This document shows positions 11,759 through 21,825 of a stretch of 64,000 nt of DNA, piece after piece. Each line of letters starts with the position of its first letter. Within the stretch, counting starts at the first letter, position 1. The position numbers and the translations under genes are program-made. A model generated the notes under the pieces. It was given only the letters and a program-made list of their open reading frames with translations, searched no databases and had not been told where the DNA came from. Source of the stretch: Candidatus Babeliales bacterium. GTDB lineage: Bacteria; Babelota; Babeliae; Babelales; Vermiphilaceae. The stretch is taken from the NCBI GenBank assembly GCA_963743635.1, contig CAVUQO010000003.1, positions 416,001 to 480,000 of the forward strand, read 5' to 3'.

Positions 11759-12553
11759 GTGTGGAACAGCGTGTCAGTAAAAAATACAAACTTTCCGTTT
11801 ATTAAAAAAAGATTTGGACAACATTTCCTTCGTGATGCATCCGTTACGGAACATATGATGGATCAGGTTGTCCTGACGCCACAAAGCTCAGTGTTTGAAA
11901 TTGGGTGTGGTGATGGGTTCTTAACGCGTACCATACTCAAAAGTCCGCTCGAGCGCTTGTGGATTTTTGAAATAGACGAAGATTGGGTTAATTACGTCAG
12001 AAATGAGATTAAAGACGAGCGCATGACCGTGTTTCACGAGAATGTGTTAGATGTTGATTTTGCACGCCTGGCTCCACACGCTCCTTGGACATTACTCGCC
12101 AACCTCCCGTATCAAGTTACCTTCCCGATTTTGCATATGCTGCAACGCAATATTGCATTGTTGAAAGAAGGGGTGATTATGGTACAGGAAGAGGTGGCAC
12201 AAAAAATTGTAAAAACACATGGTCGTGGCTATGGCCATCCATCATTGTTTTTCCAACACTATTTCGAGTGGCGGCTTTTAAAACAAGTTCCGCCACAAGC
12301 CTTTCTTCCGCCTCCAAAAGTATATTCTCGTTTGCTGTATTTCAAACCGCGCGTTCAAAAGCCGGAAATACCCGATGAAGAACAATTCTGGAAATTCGTC
12401 AAAGCCTGCTTTAAGCAGCCGCGACGCACATTGCAAAACAATTTGGCACAAACTCATTATGATCTTGCGAAACTTGATGCTGAAACCCTCAAGCTTCGCG
12501 CTCAGCAAATGACCATGGATGATTTGCTGCGTGTGTGGGATTTGTTACGTTAA
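11759..12553 (+). CDS. rsmA: 16S rRNA adenine dimethyltransferase
   Basis: KKRFGQHFL, EIGCGDG, ANLPYQ, MVQEEVA, FLPPPKVYS. Confidence 0.95.
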   Translation: MWNSVSVKNTNFPFIKKRFGQHFLRDASVTEHMMDQVVLTPQSSVFEIGCGDGFLTRTILKSPLERLWIFEIDEDWVNYVRNEIKDERMTVFHENVLDVDFARLAPHAPWTLLANLPYQVTFPILHMLQRNIALLKEGVIMVQEEVAQKIVKTHGRGYGHPSLFFQHYFEWRLLKQVPPQAFLPPPKVYSRLLYFKPRVQKPEIPDEEQFWKFVKACFKQPRRTLQNNLAQTHYDLAKLDAETLKLRAQQMTMDDLLRVWDLLR

Positions 12554-12640
12554 TACGTCGAAGTTAAACTTTCGAAATCTTTTTTTCTCTGCCCAAAGGG
12601 TATACAGTAATTAAAAAATTGTTATACCGGAGTATTTGTT

Positions 12641-13693
12641 ATGAGAGTAAAGATAATTGCGCTGATTTGTATCCTCATTGGGTCAACCATCTATGCATGC
12701 GAGCATAGTGAGGCGGTGCAAAAATTATTGCCCAATCCTGGTGAATATGTCCTGGCCTGCGATTCATTGTTGGGCGGGCAATCGAGTAATATTTTTCTCT
12801 GCCACACGTCGATCGGCAAATGGTATATCTTTCGGTATTACAAAAACATTAAATCGGGTGCTGATTTTGATCGGGTATTAGCCATCGTTCAAAAAGCGGC
12901 TGAATTACACATACATCCTAAGATATATGGATTTAATGCAGAGCTGCAGCAAACATTGATGGATTATATTGAGGGTGCTCTATGGCCTTCGTATACCAAG
13001 AATAGTCAGCCATACCACGCTGCAATGAAAACGCTTCGTATCTTGCATGATGCATTACGTCCTGAAATAGTGGCACTTCCTCAAGCGCCCGCTCCTTTTT
13101 TAAGCGTCCTCCTCAATGAGCCGATATTAATGAATAATCCCGGCATGCCACGGCAGTTGGGGCTGGCGTTCAATATCGTAAAACAGTGGAATGAAAACGT
13201 TGCCCCTTGGCTTGAAACGCACGCAACGATATGTCATGGAGATTTTAAAAGAAGCAATGTGCTTTTGCAGCGCAATAGAGTGGAATATCGTCCGTGGATT
13301 ATTGATTTTGATTCTGCAGCCGTTGGGCATCCCTATTTTGATGTCGTAAAGTTTTCAAAAAAAGTAACGCATGAGCAGCGCATGGAGTTATTTAAAACCT
13401 ATCTTGATCATGAACCAACGCAGGAAGAGCTGTATCACTATAAGATTGTGGATAATGTGCTGCGCATGGTTGTGGCCATTATGCGTTTCAAATTGGCTCT
13501 TTTGATACAAAAAACGGGCATGTTTGATGAATGCCTCTCGCAAGCAGAAATGGAACAATTGCTAGAATCACCATTTCCACTCCCTTCGCAATCAACTATT
13601 CCCTTGAAAGATCCAAATCTTAAGGCGCAGCAATTGGGTGCGGTCTATGCACTTCATGAATTTCTGCGACTCAGTATGCCATTGATCTCATAG
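12641..13693 (+). CDS. APH/choline-kinase-family phosphotransferase with signal peptide
   Basis: LMDYIEG, CHGDFKRSNVL, IIDFD, GHPYFD. Confidence 0.8.
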   Translation: MRVKIIALICILIGSTIYACEHSEAVQKLLPNPGEYVLACDSLLGGQSSNIFLCHTSIGKWYIFRYYKNIKSGADFDRVLAIVQKAAELHIHPKIYGFNAELQQTLMDYIEGALWPSYTKNSQPYHAAMKTLRILHDALRPEIVALPQAPAPFLSVLLNEPILMNNPGMPRQLGLAFNIVKQWNENVAPWLETHATICHGDFKRSNVLLQRNRVEYRPWIIDFDSAAVGHPYFDVVKFSKKVTHEQRMELFKTYLDHEPTQEELYHYKIVDNVLRMVVAIMRFKLALLIQKTGMFDECLSQAEMEQLLESPFPLPSQSTIPLKDPNLKAQQLGAVYALHEFLRLSMPLIS

Positions 13694-13772
13694 ATATGAA
13701 TAATCTGGTTTTTTTGAAACAATAATGGGATACTTGCATCGTTTTACATAACCAGTTCCTTAAGGAGATCTC

Positions 13773-14210
13773 ATGAGAAAAATAGTTGTTTCATTGTGCT
13801 TATTATACGCAGCAAATAGTTGCGCGATGGCTGGCGCGGGCAAAATAATTGGATTAGCTACAATGCCCTTCACGGTTCCTGGCGCATATTACGCATGCAA
13901 AACTATCATGGATCAGAAAAAAGTTGCTGCTTTGGATAATGATAGTCCAGAATTTAAAGGAATGTCTGCTGAGCAGAGAGAACGCGAAAAACATGTTTTG
14001 ATGCTCAATGCAAATTCATTTTTGCCATACATGGATAGCGTTGCGCTGGGCTTTGCACCGGTTATAAATATCTTTAAGCTCATAGGCTCTTCCAAGGAAG
14101 AGCCTAGCGTAAGCAAGATGCGTGCAGACACAAAAGTAGGATTCTTTGCGGGGCTTGCACTGTGGCCTAATCTCGTACTTGCAATGAGCTTGCTCAAAAA
14201 AGTTAAATAG
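13773..14210 (+). CDS. Secreted/membrane hypothetical protein
   Basis: AGGAG RBS, signal peptide ending SCA|M, hydrophobic C-terminus. Confidence 0.7.
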   Translation: MRKIVVSLCLLYAANSCAMAGAGKIIGLATMPFTVPGAYYACKTIMDQKKVAALDNDSPEFKGMSAEQREREKHVLMLNANSFLPYMDSVALGFAPVINIFKLIGSSKEEPSVSKMRADTKVGFFAGLALWPNLVLAMSLLKKVK

Positions 14211-14224
14211 TTTTTCACCAAAAT

Positions 14225-14265
14225 AAAAAAGCCGGACGATGTCATAAAGATATCGTCCGGCTTTT
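14225..14265. terminator. Bidirectional terminator between convergent genes
   Basis: AAAAAGCCGGACGAT...ATCGTCCGGCTTTT. Confidence 0.8.
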
Positions 14266-14276
14266 ACTTTGATATT

Positions 14277-15704
14277 CTATTTTTGGTCTAATGGTTCTTG
14301 TATTGGCTTACGCAGCTCAGCCTTTGCTCGCTCATTATTTTCCTGCTCTTCAATATGCAGGCGTTGTGCCATAGTGAGTGCGTCTTTAATATGCTGTTCA
14401 TAATCAGCTACAGTGTATGAGTGATCAGGTTTGAATTTCAAGCTAAGTTCCTTGAGTTCATCCAATCTTCCTTCGGGCATGAATTCTCCAACCAGTACCG
14501 TTTGTGATGATTTTTGATTCTTCATAATGTAGACCTCATGCTCAGGGCGGATATCAACGATTGTTGGTGTATCAAAGAGCGCATGATCATCAAATTGACG
14601 TATCGCATCTAAAATGAGTGGAAGTACGGCAACGGCAGGGAGCGGCATTAATGCGAATTGGTCACGATAATTTTGTGGTGTCCAGCCAAAGAACCATAGT
14701 TCAGCATGTCCCGGAGATGAATCGCGGAATAATTTATGTTTACCGGATAAGATAGCAGAATTACTGACATCAAAGCGGCATTTTGGCAATTTCTTTGTTT
14801 TGTGAAACTCGCTATTACGGGTTAAGCGCAATTGAATTTGTATCACTTTATTTTTTGGTACTTTGAAATCATCGCGATCTTTGAAAATACGATCTGAGAA
14901 AAATCGATCAAAGGAGAAGAAATCTAATTTTTGAATACGGTCTCCGCGTGAATAAATATTATAAATTCGTTTGAAGATCGGATCATTCACCATGTAATCA
15001 GTTTCTTTTTGAATGGGAACGCCCATCAAAACCAATTCATCAATGGTGAGTGTTGGAAGATCTTTCACATGCGGTTTTGCAGCTGCAAGATTAAGGCAGA
15101 AATTACCGCCATGGCTGTAACCAATAAGACGAATACGTGGCGTTTTGCCGAGCGCACGCATACGACGCACTTCCTGATCGAGGCTACGATAGAAATCAAC
15201 GGCTTCACGCTTACGTGCTTTATCACTCAAAAGACCAGACCAACCATAGGTATAATAATGATTTTCAGTGGGGGTAATGAGCGTAAGCTCTTTATAAATT
15301 TTTTCATGAATATTGGCTATTGCCCCTGGTGCATAGCCTGGTTCGATACGGTCGAGATAAATTTCTTGGAGACCGTGACCTTGCATAGCCTGATTACAAT
15401 AGAAATGGGGATCATTACGCATAATCTCAACCGTTTTTGAGTATACGCTATTTTCAACGTCGTCAGTCATGAACTTCATGAAATTATGAACCGATAGATG
15501 GGGCTTGATACTCATAATTCCGTGTACGAACACGTTGAGCCATACGATATCGGAATGCAATAGCGGCTCGGCAGCATAATCGACCTGGGTAAAAAGAGCC
15601 GGATTGAGTTTGATATTGCGATAACGAAGACCAAAATGAGCGATAACGGTCACTCCAAGGAGTAGAACCAGTCCCAAGGTCTTTGAAATTAATCGTTTTT
15701 TCAC
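14277..15704 (-). CDS. Alpha/beta-hydrolase-fold protein with N-terminal anchor
   Basis: VFVHG oxyanion segment, GYSHGG nucleophile elbow, LMGVPI, YSRGD. Confidence 0.65.
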   Translation of the reverse strand: MKKRLISKTLGLVLLLGVTVIAHFGLRYRNIKLNPALFTQVDYAAEPLLHSDIVWLNVFVHGIMSIKPHLSVHNFMKFMTDDVENSVYSKTVEIMRNDPHFYCNQAMQGHGLQEIYLDRIEPGYAPGAIANIHEKIYKELTLITPTENHYYTYGWSGLLSDKARKREAVDFYRSLDQEVRRMRALGKTPRIRLIGYSHGGNFCLNLAAAKPHVKDLPTLTIDELVLMGVPIQKETDYMVNDPIFKRIYNIYSRGDRIQKLDFFSFDRFFSDRIFKDRDDFKVPKNKVIQIQLRLTRNSEFHKTKKLPKCRFDVSNSAILSGKHKLFRDSSPGHAELWFFGWTPQNYRDQFALMPLPAVAVLPLILDAIRQFDDHALFDTPTIVDIRPEHEVYIMKNQKSSQTVLVGEFMPEGRLDELKELSLKFKPDHSYTVADYEQHIKDALTMAQRLHIEEQENNERAKAELRKPIQEPLDQK

Positions 15705-15862
15705 CCGTTTTCCCCTACGTTATTGCTATTTTTAAGGCAAAAAGTATACCAAATTAAGCATTTCTTCGCGAATATAACATTGCGTGTTCTATTTCCGCTT
15801 CTATTCTTTCTAGTATATAGAGTAGCAAAAAAAAGCTAATATTTCAAATAGTATTGTGCTCA

Positions 15863-16075
15863 TTGTCCAAAAAGGCGATGGGGAGCCGATTATGAAATGG
15901 TTTGTTTACCGCGCATCTAGCCCCTTTCGGGGTCCGATTGGCGATTGCGAAGCAGTTGACGAGTGAACAGCCTGGGGGGATCGAAGCAGTATTGTCAGGG
16001 AGAAAAGAGCCTCAAGGCTCATATTTGGAATTAATTACCCGTAAGGTCTTGTATTTGGGCCTTTTGATTGGGTAA
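15863..16075 (+). ncRNA. Candidate structured RNA (6S-like RNA or cis-regulatory leader)
   Basis: End-to-end pairing plus three to four internal hairpins rich in G-U pairs; GC-richer than its flanks; no ORF. Confidence 0.45.
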
Positions 16076-16111
16076 GGTAGGGACATAGCGTTCATTATAA
16101 AGGAGGCAAAT

Positions 16112-16780
16112 ATGGGTATGATAGGAAGATTTTTTGAGTGCATTAATATATGGTTTCGCTTGCAGGCGGTGGTGATTCAGCAGGTATATGGTGCTTGGAG
16201 GGTCTTGGCGTTACCGCAGCCCATCGTTACCATTTTTGGGGGGTCACGGTTCGATCAGAAGGATAAATATGCAAAACAGGCCCATGAGTTAGCTCGCAGA
16301 TTTGCGAATGAGGGCGTTTCGGTACTCACGGGCGGTGGGAGTGGTATCATGCAGGCTGCGAGCTGTGGCGCTATTGCATCGGGCGTGGGCAAAGGTAGGA
16401 CTATGGGAATTAGCGTGAGGGGTATTGATGAGATACGTAACCCGTGCGTTCAGGAATTTATTGAACTTGATTATTTTTATGCGCGTAAATGGTTGCTCGT
16501 TCGCTACGCTGCCGGCTTTGTGGTTTTTCCTGGTGGTTTTGGCACCTTCGATGAACTGGGTGAGCTTTTAACACTTATGGAAACAAACAAATCAAAACGA
16601 GTGCCGATCATCTTAATTGGTACTGAATTTTGGAACAATTTTATGAAATGGCTCATTGATGAATCACTTGCCCATGGACTGATCACCAAAGATAGTCTTC
16701 AACTCTTTCATATTACCGATGATTTAGAGGAAGCGTTTTGTATGGTGCGCAATGCATGTAAGTTAGATCATCAAGCGTGA
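16112..16780 (+). CDS. LOG family nucleotide phosphoribohydrolase
   Basis: VTIFGGSR, TGGGSGIM, FYARK, FPGGFGTFDE. Confidence 0.9.
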   Translation: MGMIGRFFECINIWFRLQAVVIQQVYGAWRVLALPQPIVTIFGGSRFDQKDKYAKQAHELARRFANEGVSVLTGGGSGIMQAASCGAIASGVGKGRTMGISVRGIDEIRNPCVQEFIELDYFYARKWLLVRYAAGFVVFPGGFGTFDELGELLTLMETNKSKRVPIILIGTEFWNNFMKWLIDESLAHGLITKDSLQLFHITDDLEEAFCMVRNACKLDHQA

Positions 16781-16788
16781 AATCAGCA

Positions 16789-18139
16789 TTAATCTTTGCT
16801 CATAGTTCCTATGAGGTAAGCTACGAATGAAAGCGCGAGAGCGGCGAATTCTTTCGGTATGCCTATAGGAAATAATCTGAAAAAGAAGAATCCAAAAAAG
16901 CCGGCACAAATGCTATAAATTGCGGCGCGTTTTTTTAGATTTGAACCAAAATAGGCAAAGAGTAATGGCACACACAAGCAGCTTACTGAAAGCTCATAGC
17001 TGCTGATGAGAATATTGATAATATCGGGCGTTACCAAGTAGGAAGCACCAACCGTTACCAAACCGGTCATAAGAGTGATGCCTTTTGAAAGATGCACACC
17101 TTTTTTCAATCCGAATTCAGAGAAGTCAAAATCTTGTGCAAGATTTGAACTGATTGCGCAAAGCAATGAATCAGCAGTCGAGGTGATAGCTGCTAAAATA
17201 CCGCAAATCGCAAACGCAAGCATAGTGGTATTGGTTAGCAATTCAATGGAGGGTAAAAGCGGATCTGCGCCTAATGGCAATAAGACATCAAGCACTCTTA
17301 ACTTCATACCAAAATATAACGGGATACATGAAAAAATAATAATGCAGGCACTCGATAAGAATGCTGAAATCGCCGCAACGCGTGCAGAGCGTGCCGCAAA
17401 AAATCGTTGGGCAAGATCTTGCTCGATGAATGAGAAGAGCGCGGTCACCATAACATATGGTGCCAATGTTTCCGAAATTGATTGATTCGGTGCTAAACTG
17501 TTGTTGTAGAGAGCCGAGTGACGTAAAAAAGTTCAGAGGTTCTTGCCATAAACAATAGATGAAAATTGCGCTGAATGCGCAGAGTATATAGGTAACTTGC
17601 GCGATATCAGTAAGTACCACCGCTGCTAAACCGCCAACCATCGTGTAGACAATAATGAATGCCCAGAGCGCAAGAAACAGCAGTTCGCTTTCGATTCCGA
17701 TGCCGGCAAGGAGCGCTTTGCATCCGATTACTTGAGCGATTAAAATACCGCACATCGAAGCAATGGAAAGGAGCGATGCAATTTTTTTGAGGGTCGGGGA
17801 TCCATATTTGGTTTGAAAGAGTTGAGCCGTGGTTGCAACGTTTAATGATTGCAATTTTGCTGCAAGGCCAAGACCAAGAACCAAAAAGCCGATGCTGATG
17901 CCGAGTGTGTAGTAGATGCCATAAAATCCAATATTGTAGGCTTCTTTAGCGGTGCCGAGTAACATGCCGCCGCCCAATTGAGTTGCTACCAAGGTGAAGG
18001 TTACTTCTGGAATGCCCAGTGCGCGACCGGCTAAAAAGTAGTCGACGTTGGTTGAAACTTTTTTCGAAGCATAGAGTCCAATAACTAAATACATGATGCT
18101 CAGAGAGCCAAAGAGGGCGAGAAAGAGTGTGATATCCAT
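16789..18139 (-). CDS. Sodium:solute symporter (SSS) family protein, one frameshift near 17470
   Basis: DYFLAGR, YTMVGGLAAVVLTD, EQDLAQRFFAARS, AAITSTADSLL in two frames. Confidence 0.88.
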
Positions 18140-18232
18140 AAATTATCTTATATATAGAAGGGTTTTAATGATTATAGTATTTGCTGAGTGCTATCGATTT
18201 TTCAATATATATGAAAATATTGCATAGTTCTT

Positions 18233-18447
18233 GTATCCCCTAACCCATTCGAGACATTTCGATCCTAACGGATCGAAACCCTCAGGGCGAACGGGGAATG
18301 AAAATGATAGATATTTAAAGATCAATTATGTTCAAAATTCTATCATAATTAAGTACTTATATAAAGAAATACCCTTTCCCCGTTCGCCCTGAGGATTGGG
18401 CGTTTCCGTGAGGAAATGACCAATGTCGCGAATGGGTGCGGGGATAC
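18233..18447. repeat. REPIN-like inverted pair of palindromic units (family 1)
   Basis: ...CCTCAGGGCGAACGGGGAA / AT-rich spacer / TTCCCCGTTCGCCCTGAGG..., outer ends GTATCCCC...GGGGATAC. Confidence 0.85.
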
Positions 18448-18458
18448 AGGCGCTGAGC

Positions 18459-19241
18459 CTACAAGATCCCATGAGTTTTGAACCAGTTCAGCAGACTTGC
18501 CGCAGAACGGTAGCGGATGCCGGCAATATTGAAGGCACGCGCAAAGGCAATATTGCGAGCCTTATCATCGATCAAAAGACGCTGTTTGCCGTGCGATGGA
18601 TGATTGACGATGTAGTTATAAAATACGGCCGGGTGTGGCTTGCCTTTATACTTGTTTTCCTTTGATCCGGTGGTGATAGCATCAAAAAGGGAAAATATCT
18701 CGGGATGCTGTTCTTGAAGATCGGCAAAAAGACTTTCTCCAATGTTTGAAAAAAGATGGACTGTATAACCGCGTTCTTTGAGTTGGCGCACGATATCGAT
18801 CGTTTTCCAGGCAGGAATTTGTAAATTAGCGGCGCGCAGAAAGAGGGGTAGGCATGGTTGCAGCGATTCATATTTGGTACCAAGAAACAGGATAAGATAT
18901 TCAGCGATATAGAGATTGCGGCGGAGTTGAAAAGCGTCATAGAGAAAAAAGGGATTGAAACATTGGATAATCAGACGCCCTGCGCAGGGGCTGAAAAGAA
19001 TCAGATTGATCATGCCCGCAACATCCGATTTGAAAATGACCCCATGCAGATCGAAGATGATGATCGTATTTTCAGGCGATACCGCCTCTAATGTTTTATC
19101 GTCTGCCGTAATCATGGCCACATATGATTTATAGATGAACCATGGCAGTATGAATGCGGCTATGGTCATTGGATGTAAAAAACCGAAATGTGCAGCACTG
19201 AGCGCCCATGTTGAGGTCGCTATCGTTGATGGTCTAAACAT
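18459..19241 (-). CDS. HAD-superfamily hydrolase with N-terminal membrane segment
   Basis: IIFDLHGV, LFSN, KPHP, LIDDKARNI. Confidence 0.8.
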   Translation of the reverse strand: MFRPSTIATSTWALSAAHFGFLHPMTIAAFILPWFIYKSYVAMITADDKTLEAVSPENTIIIFDLHGVIFKSDVAGMINLILFSPCAGRLIIQCFNPFFLYDAFQLRRNLYIAEYLILFLGTKYESLQPCLPLFLRAANLQIPAWKTIDIVRQLKERGYTVHLFSNIGESLFADLQEQHPEIFSLFDAITTGSKENKYKGKPHPAVFYNYIVNHPSHGKQRLLIDDKARNIAFARAFNIAGIRYRSAASLLNWFKTHGIL

Positions 19242-19367
19242 AATAATCCCCGATTTTATTGGTAATCCCTACTGAGAGTGTAGCAGAGGGGCAATGGGAA
19301 ATTAAAGGGTTTGGTATTTATTGGTATAATGGTAACTACGTAACATTAAGCTATTTAGGAGTAATAA

Positions 19368-19781
19368 ATGAGTATTATCAAAATCGGTTGCGAAATTTTT
19401 TTGATACAGAACGACGCCATATTATTGGGAAAAAGAAAAAATTGTTATGGCGAAGGCACGTGGGCATTGCCAGGGGGACATTTGGAATATGGTGAATCCA
19501 TATTAGAATGCGCAAAGCGGGAACTTAAGGAAGAATTAGGCATCGATGCACTGGAGCTGACCTTAATATCCGTTGCAGACGATATTAAAGAACATGCTCA
19601 TTATGTACATATGTCTTTTCGCTTGGAGCAATTTACCGGTGAGATACAATGCATGGAGCCAGATTTTTGCTATGAATGGAAATTTTTTTCTCTTTCCAAT
19701 TTACCCCAAGAACTTTTTGAGCCTCACAAGAAAGTCCTTAATAACTATTTTAAGAACATTCTGTATCTTGAGTACAAGTGA
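19368..19781 (+). CDS. NUDIX hydrolase (MutT-like)
   Basis: WALPGGHLEYGESILECAKRELKEELGI, MEPDFCYEWKFF. Confidence 0.92.
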   Translation: MSIIKIGCEIFLIQNDAILLGKRKNCYGEGTWALPGGHLEYGESILECAKRELKEELGIDALELTLISVADDIKEHAHYVHMSFRLEQFTGEIQCMEPDFCYEWKFFSLSNLPQELFEPHKKVLNNYFKNILYLEYK

Positions 19782-19814
19782 AGCATGCAATAATAAAAGG
19801 CGAAAAGGCAGCGG

Positions 19815-20330
19815 ATGCATTATACGCAAGAACAATTATTAGAATATCTCTCGAACCATCACATTCTTTACACGCTCTATACGCACCCCCAACTCTTTAC
19901 CTGCGAGCAAGCAGCAGAGATCGTTGCGCAGCTCAATATGCCAGGAATGGGTGTAAAGAATCTATTTCTCAAAGATAGCAAAAAAAAGTTGTATTTGATC
20001 AGTGCGGCTTATAATACACGGGTAGATCTTAAGACAGTAGGAAAAGTGCTCGAAGCAAAAGAATTGCGTTTTGCAGATGCTCAGTTATTGATGCACTATT
20101 TGGGCGTTGAGCCTGGTTCGGTAACACCGTTAGCCCTCATCAATGATACAGAGCAGGCCGTCCAGGCGATTATAGATGCTGATCTTTTAAAGCAGGAATA
20201 TATTCAGGTTCACCCCTTAAAAAATGATGCAACCGTTGTGATTACTCCTGCTGACCTGATTAAGTTTTTTGGGTTAAGCAATAGACCTTATATGGTTTAT
20301 GACTTTGAAAAGAACGAGATTGTGAGATAG
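19815..20330 (+). CDS. YbaK/ProX-family aminoacyl-tRNA deacylase
   Basis: KNLFLKD, LGVEPGSVTPLALIND, HPLKNDAT. Confidence 0.9.
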   Translation: MHYTQEQLLEYLSNHHILYTLYTHPQLFTCEQAAEIVAQLNMPGMGVKNLFLKDSKKKLYLISAAYNTRVDLKTVGKVLEAKELRFADAQLLMHYLGVEPGSVTPLALINDTEQAVQAIIDADLLKQEYIQVHPLKNDATVVITPADLIKFFGLSNRPYMVYDFEKNEIVR

Positions 20331-20849
20331 TCACTCAGCGTCTTTTATAGATATTTCCTTCAATAACGTTTCCAGATCGATCTCATCATAATGATCGATT
20401 TTCAGGTGGGCGAGTGCGAGGTGTTCCGGTTGATTGCCCGTGTTAATGCCGATGCAAAACATGCCTGCTTCCCGGGCAGCACGCAGACCTTTATGCGTGT
20501 CTTCTACGGCGATACATTCATGAGGAGCAACATTCAGCTGTGCCGCTGCGTGAAGATAAATGTCGGGGCTTGGTTTGGCTTGCGCAACGTGAGACGTTGT
20601 ATAGATATGCTCCCCGAACAGCGCGTCAAGAGATACTATGGGATTAATCACTGCTATCCTGCCTGAGCTGGTATTGGTAGCAATCGCCATTTTAAGATTG
20701 TGTTTTTTTGCTTTTTCATGGAATGCGAGAAAGCCATCTACCATGAATGCATCGCGTGATGGAAGCGTATTGAGAGGTTCTGCTTGCTGGAAGCGCTCAA
20801 GGTACAGAATGGTGCCATTCATATCGAATATAATAGCTTTGTATTTCAT
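20331..20849 (-). CDS. HAD phosphatase (beta-PGM-like) with the cap region largely missing
   Basis: IIFDMNGT, IATN, KPSPDIY, VEDTHKGLRAA. Confidence 0.85.
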   Translation of the reverse strand: MKYKAIIFDMNGTILYLERFQQAEPLNTLPSRDAFMVDGFLAFHEKAKKHNLKMAIATNTSSGRIAVINPIVSLDALFGEHIYTTSHVAQAKPSPDIYLHAAAQLNVAPHECIAVEDTHKGLRAAREAGMFCIGINTGNQPEHLALAHLKIDHYDEIDLETLLKEISIKDAE

Positions 20850-20941
20850 ACTATCTCCGTGCTTGCCCGGCGTAGTTCGCCGAGTCTGAACGACCCGGAA
20901 CGAACGGAGCCTGAGTCAAATATAATTGCTTTGTATTTCAT
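20846..20941 (-). pseudogene. Remnant duplicate of the HAD gene 5' end fused to a palindromic repeat (31-codon ORF)
   Basis: MKYKAIIFD is repeated, then runs into a family-2 repeat; its TGA overlaps the ATG of 20331-20849. Confidence 0.6.
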
Positions 20942-21003
20942 GTATTTAACCCTATACTATTGGTATGTATTTCTAACTTTTTTCAACTAATAGGATATCA
21001 TCT

Positions 21004-21696
21004 ATGAATTTTAAGAGCAGTTATTTTTATACCTTGGCACGTTCTTTCGTTACTGCATGCGGTATTAAGGGCGCATCGCTTCTTAAAACAAGTTATATCG
21101 TCGGATCGTACGCCGCATTTTTCTCAGCATCAAGCATTGCGCTGCCGCTCATGGGCGCATGGAGCAATATTCCCGTTATTGTTACTACCTGCGCATTTGG
21201 CTTTCTGGTTCGTCTTGCATTGGGCGCATCGTTAATGCCGATGTTTGCATATTGGGTTCCTGGTCTTTGTGCTGCTCTGTACTGGCAATTGCCATCTAAA
21301 TTTTACCGCCTCGGTTTACCGCTCTTATGTATGATTCTATTTGTATCCCATCCGGTTGGCGCAGCTGCAGCCCCGTATGCACTCTACTGGTTTATTCCGT
21401 TAATGATTGCGATGATGTCTTCTCGCACTATTTGGCTTGATGCTTTGGCAAGTACCTTTACCGCCCATGCGGTTGGTTCTGTTATTTGGCTCTATACCGT
21501 CCCGATGACGGCAGCAGCGTGGATGGCATTGATTCCAATGGTTGCATGTGAACGCATGCTTTATGCATCGGGTATAGTCGTTGGTCATGCGGTGATTTCT
21601 TACGTAAGTCGTTTTTTTCGCACCCATTCGATACATTCTTCGCCTTCGTTTTACTTGGCTCAGAACACTCAGGGCGAACGGAAAATGGAAGCGTAG
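21004..21696 (+). CDS. Integral membrane protein (possibly ECF S-component-like); C-terminus derived from a repeat
   Basis: About six hydrophobic segments; the last ~25 codons overlap a repeat arm. Confidence 0.65.
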   Translation: MNFKSSYFYTLARSFVTACGIKGASLLKTSYIVGSYAAFFSASSIALPLMGAWSNIPVIVTTCAFGFLVRLALGASLMPMFAYWVPGLCAALYWQLPSKFYRLGLPLLCMILFVSHPVGAAAAPYALYWFIPLMIAMMSSRTIWLDALASTFTAHAVGSVIWLYTVPMTAAAWMALIPMVACERMLYASGIVVGHAVISYVSRFFRTHSIHSSPSFYLAQNTQGERKMEA

Positions 21697-21772
21697 TAAC
21701 TTTTACATTCTTCTAAACACAGAAAATATTCATTCCCCGTTCGTCCCGAGTAGCGCAAGCGTATCGAGGGAT
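21621..21772. repeat. REPIN-like inverted pair (family 1)
   Basis: CTCAGGGCGAACGG...CCCCGTTCGTCCCGAGTAGCGCAAGCGTATCGAGGG. Confidence 0.8.
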
Positions 21773-21825
21773 ATAAGGGGGAACTCGGAAACAAGATCAT
21801 TGTAAACGAAGGACTGTTAAAACTC

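Noticed and set aside
18376..18447. Hammerhead ribozyme (CTGAGGA and GAAA both present in the repeat arm)
   Set aside because: GAAA lies inside the inner stem rather than directly after stem II, and other copies lack CUGAnGA
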